Assembly (NCBI RefSeq): GCF_006345805.1
Contig: NC_043009.1
Coordinates: 6,820,001 to 6,884,000 of the forward strand
Origin: Octopus sinensis
Lineage: Eukaryota
Direction of reading: 5' to 3'
Length of the DNA: 64,000 nt
The notes under the pieces are model-generated. The model was not told where the DNA came from and ran no database searches. It worked only from the letters and a program-made list of their open reading frames with translations. The translations under genes were made by a program, and so were the position numbers. This document shows, piece by piece, positions 54,801 through 64,000 of this stretch (the stretch's first letter is position 1; every line of letters starts with the position of its first letter).

Positions 54801-55719
54801 ATGCATATATATGCGCGTGTGAAAGGGGTCATTTGCATATATGTGTATAACGTGTATTGGGCTACACACAGTTTGTATGTTAAAAGTAAAGCAGATAAAT
54901 AAGATAGGGAGTGAGTGGGAGGGAGTTAGACAAACAGACAGACAGAGCCAGAGTGAAGAGGATAGAGCACGGAGATTTCTTATACAGCCTCGTTATAGAC
55001 ACAAGAAAGGCTTTTGTTGAAGAAAACAGTAATCACGTGTTGTACGACATAGAAAGGTTGTCTTCATAGACACAGAACAGCCGTGGCTCCCTCCGTGCTA
55101 CATACGTTCATTCTCCTGCTTCTTTTGTATCAATATTTACTAAAGGTATCTGTTGTTGTGGAGGCTTGTGTCCGGGTTTTCTCTTTTCGTAGTCACCCAC
55201 GCACACACATACACACGCACACTTACACAAACACACTTACACAAACACAGACACACACAAATACGTGCGTGCGCAGACACATATTTATACTATTGATTTT
55301 TATTTTATCTTTAGTTGATTCTTTCTCGTGCATGATTTTCTTTATTCAAACCTGCACTTCTTTTTTGTGGCATTTGTGTTTAGGGATGCCTAAAAGAAGG
55401 AGATTGCGTGAAGAGATGGAAATCAACGAATCTTACTTATTCAAACATATACAATAATGTATATTTTTATAAATAATTGTTGTTATTTTCAAACATTAAT
55501 CACCATATTATAATTTTTGCCATCCCGTATTTCTTTTCTTATTCATTTTTGTAAGACGAGACATTAATGCAATGGATTTATGAAAAACAAAATGTCTTTT
55601 AATGGACTTAGACTCCGCTTCCAGCATTACGAGTCCAATGGCACACACGTGACTAAGATTCCTACTATGCCCCTGAACAGGACGCCGTTCTGTCCAGCGT
55701 TCATAACTAAGTGGAATAA

Positions 55720-56117
55720 TCTTTATATATAAAAGTCAAGTTGTGTGTCTGTCTCCTACGATTTAGATTCCTAACTACTCCCACATTTTGCGGTGCAGTT
55801 TAACCAAAACCGGGTATCTTATAGTCGTGATTCATATCGAGCCCTTCTGAGTATTAACGCGCGTCTACGATGAGTATACGATTTAAAAAAAAAATTACCA
55901 TCATTTTTTTCCATTTTAATGCAATTTTTCGCTATTATATAAGGGAAGTAACCCTCTAAAAATGTCTACGATGAGTCAACGATTTAAAAAAAAAATTACC
56001 ATCATTTTTTTCCCATTTTAATGCATTTTTTTGCTATATTTTTGGCTATAACTCTCTAAAAATGCTTATATAGTTATTTCCCTTACAAATCCGAGCAACG
56101 CCGGGCGATACTGCTAG
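55720..56117 (+). mobile_element. Non-autonomous Helitron
   Basis: A|TCTTTATATATAAAA 5' end; subterminal hairpin CCGAGCAACGCCGG; 3' CTAG|T; inserted between A and T with no TSD; internal ~67-bp direct repeat (55863, 55964). Confidence 0.85.
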
Positions 56118-56139
56118 TGCTACATAAATGCAAAGTTAA

Positions 56140-56367
56140 AGTTACTTCTCGAGTCATACCACCTGATAACGGACGGTTTCCCGGTTTCCCGGTTTCCAGG
56201 TTTCCATGGCCTATAAACTACCCCACCAGGACGGGACGCCAGTCCACCACGGAATTACTCACTATTGCCAGCTGCGTGGACTGGAGAGCAACGTGAAATG
56301 AAGGAAATCGAAATCACGATATAATGAATGTGAGTTCAAAACCCTGATCACTAAGCCACAGGCCTTT
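56140..56367 (-). mobile_element. tRNA-derived SINE with GGAAACCG-repeat tail
   Basis: CACTAAGCCACAGGCC head on minus strand; GGTTTCCC repeats. Confidence 0.6.
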
Positions 56368-56725
56368 CAAATTAACTAGTGAACCGAAAGTCAACGAGGG
56401 GTGAGTCAAGGAGATGCAATATGAACAATATAATTTTATTTACATCGAAGTTATGCCTATTGGCATATTACATCGATCTCATTACTTGCTTTGAGTTTCA
56501 GATATAACGTTAGATTATAAATCGAATGACTGAGATTTGGGTTCATTTTATGGGTTGTATAAAAATCATGATTAATATTGCAAGTAGATCTAATTGTATA
56601 GGCATGTTTCTAATTTTGAAACTATAAACATCTTTACAGCTATTTCTTTCTACTATAGGCACAAGGCCTGAAAGCTTAGGCCTGAAAACCATACATACAT
56701 ACATAAACACATACTCATGCGCACA

Positions 56726-56935
56726 CACACACTGTGGCCATGCTGCAGCACCGCCAGTAGTCGAGCAAATCGACCCCAGAGCTTAATCTTTGTAAGCCTA
56801 ATATTTATTCTATCGGTAGGTCTCTTTTGCCGAACTGCAAAGTTACTGGGGCGTAAACACACCTCCATCTGTTGTCAAGCGATGTTGGGGAGGGGGTACA
56901 GACACAGATACATAAACACACACAAACACACATAT
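56726..56935 (-). mobile_element. SINE family B 3' half
   Basis: GGCCATGCTGCAGCACCGCC...GTCGAGCAAATCGACCCCAG. Confidence 0.8.
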
Positions 56936-57008
56936 ATATATATGTGTATATATATGTGTGTATAAATATATATATATATATTATATAATATATTATATAT
57001 ATATATCA

Positions 57009-57180
57009 ATTCGGCTAACTTTTTTTTCTTGTGTTGTTTGGGCAAGTGTCTTCTACTATAGCTCGTGCCGACCAAAGCCTTGTGAGTGAATTTAGTAGAC
57101 GGAAACTAGACGAGTTAGTAGAAGGCTATAGTAGAAGACACTTGCCCAAACAGAACACAAGAAAAAAAAGTTAGCCGAAT
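57009..57180. repeat. Inverted repeat (~54-bp arms) containing family B SINE sequence
   Basis: 57009-57062 is complementary to 57125-57180. Confidence 0.85.
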
Positions 57181-57274
57181 GATATTCAAACGGGAAACTA
57201 GACGAAAACCCAACGGACAAGTAATACAGACAAAAACACGATACACGGAATATTCGCATCTGATATATATTCTG

Positions 57275-57655
57275 TTACTTTCATTAGACTGGAGTCATGC
57301 TGGAGCAGTGCCTTGATGGACATTTAGTTGTATAAATCAACCCCAGTACTTATATCTTCCTATTAAGCTTGGTACATATTCTATCAATCTCTTTTTGCCG
57401 AACCGCTATTTTACAGGGACCTCAACAAACCAACACACGGTTTCAAATGATGGTGGAGGAGAAACGAGAAACACAGGCACAAAGACACACACATATATAC
57501 AACGAGCTTCTTTCAGTTTCCGTTTACCAAATCCATTCACAAGGCTTTGGTCGGCCCGAGGCTATAGCAGGAGACACCTGCGCGAGGTCCGACGCCGTGG
57601 GACTGAACCCGGGACTGTGTGGTTTGGGAGCAAGCTTTCTACTACACGACCACAC
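57275..57655 (-). mobile_element. SINE family B copy, diverged
   Basis: Reverse complement of family B. Confidence 0.8.
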
Positions 57656-57673
57656 GCATATATACACTTATCA

Positions 57674-57711
<38 letters not shown>

Positions 57712-57719
57712 ATATATAT

Positions 57720-57912
57720 TGTGAAATGTAATACAACAAAAGAAAGAAAGAGACCTCGATATTACGTAGAAGAATTTATCTGTAAATGTAATATGTGACA
57801 ATTAACGTAATAATTAATGTTATATAATATGTGACAATGGCGGCATGGACTTCCACCTCAGCATCTGAAACTCGGAGTTTTATCATGGCTACCGAATAAT
57901 TGCCACATATAT
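57720..57912. mobile_element. (TA)n-embedded inverted element end with hammerhead 3' half
   Basis: ATATGTGACAAT ... ATTGCCACATAT inverted pair; GAAACTCGGAGTT at 57867 preceded by hairpin TGGA-CT-TCCA. Confidence 0.5.
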
Positions 57913-57935
57913 TTACATATATATATATATATATA

Positions 57936-58372
57936 GGCGTGGAGTGGCTGTGTAGTAAGTAGCGTGTTTACCAACCACATGGTTCTGGGTTCAGTCCCAT
58001 TGCCTGACAACTTGGGCAAGTGTCTTCTACTATAGCCTCGGATCGACCAAAGCCTTGTGAGTGGATTTGATAGACGGAAACTGAAAGAAGCCCCTCGTAT
58101 ATATGCATATATATATGTATATGTGTGTGTGTGTATGTGTATGTGTGTGTGTGGGTGTGTGTTTGTGTGTCTGTATTTGTTCCCCCAACATCGCTTGACA
58201 ACCGATGCTGGTGTGTTTACGTCCCCGTAACTTAGCGGTTCAGCAAAAGCAACCGATAGAATAAGTACTACGCTTACAAAGAATAAGTCCTGGGGTCGAT
58301 TTGCTCGACTACAGGCAGTGCTCCAGCATGGCCCCAGTCAAATGACTGAAACAAGTAAAAGAGACTAAAGGG
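57936..58372 (+). mobile_element. SINE family B copy, full length
   Basis: Full family B body. Confidence 0.9.
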
Positions 58373-58959
58373 AGTATATATATATATATATATATATAGT
58401 TGAGGATGTATTTTATATAGTAAATTGATGGAATTTAAAGCCAAAGCAAGTTTAGTCGCTAATTCCCGCATTTGGAGGCACCAGATTTAATGGCAACGGT
58501 GTTCCTTTTCACTTCGTAATTTCCGACATGCTCGATCACTTTATAGTCACTTCATCTATAAATACGTTAGCCTAATAAAAGAAAAAAATGCCCTCATATG
58601 TCAGGAGCTTAAAATATGACACTTGCGACGAGATTCGAAACAGAAAACATTTATGTTGTAACTAATTTTTGTTGCCAAAATATTTTATGTAACAGCTTTC
58701 TCTCTGAAAAGCCGGGCCATTAGAATATAGGTAAACATATAAACCGAAACAGTTTTTTTTTTCTTGCACAGATGCAAGTGGTTCCATTAAAGTAAAGTTG
58801 TATGTTTCCAATTTGCATCTATTCATATGAAACGACATAAATACGTTAAATGGACGCCCTCCCTCCGCGTTCTCTATAGTTATGCTCGGATAGAAAAAGA
58901 AAGTATGCAGAATCACGCGCTCACACTCACAACCAGCATGTACACACACAATATATGCG

Positions 58960-59179
58960 CGTGCGTATGTATACCTATGTATGTGTGCGTGTATATATAC
59001 ATAAACACACACACACACATATATATATGTATATATATATATGTATATATAGATGGCATATATATATATTATACGAATCACACACACATATATCTATATA
59101 ATATGTATAGATTTATATATAAATATATGAATACATATATATATATATAATATATATAATATATATATATATATATAGT

Positions 59180-59210
<31 letters not shown>

Positions 59211-59321
59211 GTATTATATATACACACATATATATAATATATATTACATATATTATAATATATATATATATATATACGTATATATATATACATTATATAT
59301 ATACACATATTATTTTATACA

Positions 59322-59363
<42 letters not shown>

Positions 59364-59440
59364 AGATATTCATATATATGTATACATATATATGTATACA
59401 TATATATACATACACACCCACATATATGGATAGACATATA
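58960..59440. repeat. (TA)n-rich microsatellite region
   Basis: Direct reading. Confidence 0.9.
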
Positions 59441-59737
59441 TAAATATAAGCATGGGTGTGTATGCGTTGAAATATATATATATAGTAAAGAATGATATAA
59501 AATCTAATCCAATTTCACTCGCAGGTATACAGAGAAGCAAGCAGTGCACACTTATATACGTTTGCAATTCGCCATTCCATATTAGGTTACTGCTTAAATA
59601 TAGGCAGTAAATACAGAGTTGCCAATGTGTACGTTAATGCATATGTACGTGTGATCGTATCGCTGAATATTGTTGGGACATAAAAGCATTTACTTAAATG
59701 CAGAAAAAATATGTATGGAGAGCAATGTGTATGTGGG

Positions 59738-59770
<33 letters not shown>

Positions 59771-60038
59771 CACACAGAAGACTAAGGGACTATTTGTATC
59801 TCAAATATAGACGCATGCACATATACTTGCATGCATATGTATGCGTCTATATGTACGTATATGTAGATGTACATATATATGTATATATACGTCTGTAAGT
59901 GAGTTTTTATTTATGAATATTGTGATATGTGTGGGTGTTGTCATTCGTATGCTGTGCATTTGTGTTTGCGTATGAAATATACAATGTGTATATATATATA
60001 TATTATATATATATATGTGTGTGTATGTATATATAATA

Positions 60039-60080
<42 letters not shown>

Positions 60081-60952
60081 ATATATATAGATAATATATA
60101 TATATACTTCTGTGTGTGTATGCCTCTATATATAAACCGTGTATATGTGCGTTTATTTGATTCTTCGGAGATTTTAAATACGTTCAATATTTATGATAAA
60201 ATAATGATGTAATATCGAAGTCCTGAATATACTAACTTAATGCTAACAATCTTATTTATCGAACACATTAGGATTACATGCTTCACTTTAAGCGTTTACA
60301 TATATACGTGTGTATGTGTGTGTGTGTGTGTATGTTCATGCGTGCACACACATTATGTATATCTATATATATATATATATATCGATATAAGTTTGTATAC
60401 ATGTATATGTGTGTTTGCGTATGCGTTTCTAAGATATATATATAATACATATATATAATACCATAATACATATTATATTATATAATACATATATTTACAC
60501 CAGTTCACTTTTTACTTCGCAAACCATTTTTCGTTCGTTTTGTATGATTCCATTTTCGGTTTATTTGCAACTTTCTGCAGTAAAAGTTGTATTTGACTCT
60601 CAACGAATACTGTCATTGGGGTTGAAACCGTGTCACGAAGTAAACCGTGTATTTTGTTTGCAGAAACAGGAAATGCCCCACTGCTTGTGCTGTGTTTTTG
60701 CACGTGTTTCTTATGATAGCATTGTGATGTGCTTCGTTCTTTTTTTTTTTTTTTGTATTCTGATCAGATATTTTCAACGCAGTGAAACGTAGCATTTGTG
60801 GTATAATGTCTGAGATGTCTGTCGTTGGTGTTCATTACAACTCGGTGTCGTTTGGTGAGATTTCCCCGGACGCTATGCTATCACGCAGCAAATTTGGCTT
60901 ACAAGCAAAACCAAACACACGCTATATATATATATATATATATATATATACG

Positions 60953-60983
<31 letters not shown>

Positions 60984-61153
60984 AGGGAGAATTGACAAAA
61001 AACACATGTGGTGCAGACAACAAACAGATGTATTAGTATAACGCTCGGGAAGTGAAAAAGTCTGCAATGTTTCGAGCCTACGCTCTTCCACAGAAAGGAA
61101 CACAGAAAGAGACAAGGAGAAAAAACAAAGAATGTGTAGTGGCTAGCGATCAA

Positions 61154-61204
<51 letters not shown>

Positions 61205-61208
<4 letters not shown>

Positions 61209-61480
61209 TGAAGTATATTTGCCATTTAAATATGACTAAGCCCTAAGGGTGGATGCTACTGTACCTTGTAGCCTCAGGAGGACAACTCCTCCAGCTGGCT
61301 ATTGACATACTTTCTGTGCTCTTGGCATACTTTCTGTGTCAATAGCCAGCTGGAGGAGGTTTCCTCCTGAGGCTACAAGCTACAGTAGCATCCACCCCTA
61401 GGGGTTAACCATATTTAAATGGTAAATATACTTCACGATGTGTTGCAGCTACTGTTTATAACTCGCTCAGAGATTTATTA
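61205..61480. mobile_element. (TA)n-embedded fold-back element (~103-bp inverted arms)
   Basis: 61205-61307 is complementary to 61337-61439 with about 8 mismatches; TA tracts on both sides. Confidence 0.75.
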
Positions 61481-61952
61481 TATATATATATATATATTCA
61501 AATATGCACACAGAAGTAGTGCAAGTGTAATAACGTTATCGGTTATATATACTTAACATAGACACCAGAGGCGTGATGCGTTAGTTATTTAAAGGCCTGA
61601 AAGTCACTGGCAGGCAAGATAATTCACCCCTAGTCCAACGGGAGAGCGATGTTCCACCATTTACGTGGTTTATCAACATCACGCACACAGACCTAATCGG
61701 AGAAGAACCATATCGCCGGTCCAGACTCTGTACATAACCATGATGCTGTAACTTTTCCTACTGCTTGAACATCACCCGATGTGTCTGCTCACACATTCAT
61801 ACATAATGTATACATACAGACACACAAACACATACACACAATTTCTTAAACATGCACACACTCACTGTCTACCATTCTCTTTCTGTCTGTTTGTCTATCT
61901 GTCTGTCTCTCTCTCCCTCGCGATCTTTTTCACCTGTGCATATATACATCTA

Positions 61953-62237
61953 TACTCTCTTTACTCTTTTACTTGTTTCAGTCATTTGACTGCGGCCATA
62001 CTGGAGCACCGCCTTTAGTCGAGCAAATCGACCCCAGGACTTATTGTTTGTAAGCCTAGTACTTATTCTCTTGGTCTCTATTTCCGAACCGCTAAGTTAC
62101 GGAGACGTAAACACACCAGCATCGGTTGTAAAGCAATGTTGGGAGGGGGGGACGAACACAGACACACAAATATATACACGCACATACATATATATAAACA
62201 TATATACGACAGGCTTCTTTCAGTTTCCGTCTACCAA
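61953..62237 (-). mobile_element. SINE family B 3' part
   Basis: Near-identical to 27894-28188. Confidence 0.9.
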
Positions 62238-62746
62238 TTGTATTTTATTTAGAACTGGAACTTAGTATCTGTGTATGTTCCAGTTCGTGTGTTCATGAGT
62301 ACGTATGTATGAATTTCTGTCGTGTGTGTGTATGTGAGTATATGTATATGTATATATATACATGTGTATATGTTGTGTGTGCATCTGTATGTGTGTATAC
62401 ATGTGTATGTAGTGTGTGTGCATGTGTGCCAATGGGTGTGTATGTGTGCTTGTATGCGTATGTGTGTCTATGCATGTCTGCATGTGTGTGTATGTGTGTG
62501 GTGTCTGTCCATATGTTTGTGTGTGTGTTCGAAAAAAAATTATTTAGGTTCTTCCATGGATCCTGCATTATCCAACACTGCTTAATGCTATTATAACGTC
62601 ATAAGAGCAAATTGAGCGAAACGTTACAATTCTCTTTATTCAATTGCGACATTTGCTAGTGTTTGGAAGCCAAGTTCTTGAGTTTGCTATTCAATACGTT
62701 GTTTGCGTTCATATAATTATCAACCGTTTTTTTTCTATTTTCCCAT

Positions 62747-62936
62747 ATGTCTGAAATCATCGAGCGGCCGGGTTTCTTCACCCGCCTTCGTACAGGAACC
62801 CAACGCGTTCTCCAGTGTATCATTCCATACCTCAACCGCCCGAAACCGAAAGATGATGCCGCAAAACCTAATTCAACGATCGCAGATTTGTCCTCAGCGG
62901 CCACATCAGAGGAACTGGGAGATCACTTTGACATGA
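62747..62936 (+). CDS. Candidate first coding exon of an unidentified host gene
   Basis: Non-repetitive, GC-elevated ORF MSEIIERPGFFTRLRTGTQRVLQCIIPYLNRPKPKDDAAKPNSTIADLSSAATSEELGDHFDM ending at consensus donor A|GTGAGT (62937-62942), phase 1. Confidence 0.5.
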
Positions 62937-63049
62937 GTGAGTTTTGGTGAATGTTGTAGATACATGCATACACACGCATACATACACACAAACACACACT
63001 CAGGCACACAAACAGACGCATACACACACACACGCTTTTATTTTTTTTC

Positions 63050-63990
63050 CTTGATTTAGTTTTGAGAGTTGTGGCCATGAAACGGCGCCCTACTCTAGTG
63101 TGTGTATAGTCTTTCAGTACCAGGATTTGGAACCAGTTCTTCCGTGTTTTCCACATACATTTTACAGCATATCTTTCCAGCGTCTGTTTAAAGAGTTTTG
63201 TCTCACTAATTTCAGGCCCTCGCAATAGCTAATGCACTGCATTAATACGGTTTTCATGTGGAGCATCGTAGGATTACTTCGATATCTGTGACTATAGTTG
63301 ACACCGACGGTCAGAAGGGTTTCGGACAGAAGTCTTCCAAAGGACAATCATGGTTTCCTACTATCTTGTTCCGAAACTTCTGAGAGTCAATAAGGCAAGT
63401 CGCCTGCATATCATTACCAATGTAGAAATATGCACATGTAGAAATATGCACATGTAGAAATATGCACATGTGGGGAGTCAAATAGCCACCAGACCGTTGC
63501 ATACTTGACTCCCCGTGAAATGAGTTTAATAGCTGGCATATACTCTGCCAGCTCCTTCAAAATTGTGGCCTTCGGGAAGATGGTTATGGTGTCGAGCGAC
63601 TTTGAATAAGTCCTCAGCACCACCATCTTCCTTTCGAGCTCTTTCATCCATTTTTTGGGAGGTGTTAAATCCCACACAAGTAATTCTTTTGCCATTTAAA
63701 AAAAAATTCAAATACAATTCAAAATAGAAAAATAAAGAAAGATACAAAAAAAAAAGGAAAGACACAACAGATGGGAAGAAAAAATTAAAATAGCAGTTCA
63801 ATAAAAGTTCTTCTTTCTTAAATAAATGATAGCTGTGAAAAGAGTTCAGATCCTAGCAAAGAAATTAATTTTCGGCCGAAAAGGTACTCCTGGCCAATCC
63901 TTGTAATTCAAGCCTTGTAATCCACGTGGGCAAAAAAATTTTCAAAAATAATTTCTCACAAATATGTGAGAAAATACTCACGTCTCCACC
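63050..63990 (-). mobile_element. Possible 5' part (5'UTR plus broken ORF1-like frame) of a non-LTR retroelement
   Basis: ORF 63414-63695 MAKELLVWDLTPPKKW...ISRGVKYATV is protein-like, then disrupted by a 16-bp triple repeat; family not recognised. Confidence 0.3.
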
Positions 63991-64000
63991 GCAAGGCAGA

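Noticed and set aside
54880-55200. Unique sequence as exon or promoter
   Set aside because: No convincing ORF or splice pair
60782-60920. Small ORF MSEMSVVGVHY with possible donor G|GTGAGA
   Set aside because: Short, weak splice signal, runs into a microsatellite; no independent support
62747-62936. Assigning the exon to the KChIP family from EELGDHFDM
   Set aside because: Resemblance is limited to a few residues; no gene symbol justified

Overview
Eukaryotic, very AT-rich, almost entirely non-coding DNA packed with microsatellites ((TA)n, (TG)n, (ATCT)n, (ATGT)n, (AAT)n, (AGT)n) and interspersed repeats. The repeat landscape resembles an octopus/coleoid cephalopod genome (inference; not checked by search). 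Nearly all ORFs in the supplied track are microsatellite read-throughs. Supportable features: many copies of several tRNA-headed SINE families, some in 184-bp tandem arrays; several R4/Dong-clade non-LTR retrotransposon fragments (RT, CCHC knuckle, restriction-like endonuclease) sitting in (TAA)n tracts; a TA-flanked MITE with a nested SINE; a non-autonomous Helitron; and one plausible first coding exon of an unidentified host gene (62747-62936). The most notable signal is a set of short non-coding elements embedded in (TA)n tracts that carry type I hammerhead ribozyme (HHR) motifs. One is a complete HHR with an unusually long stem II in a 598-nt direct-repeat unit with retrozyme/Penelope-like architecture (41042-42262). 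Several unrelated families form fold-back palindromes whose turning point falls in or beside the HHR. Structures were paired by eye and coordinates counted by hand, so element edges may be off by a few bases.
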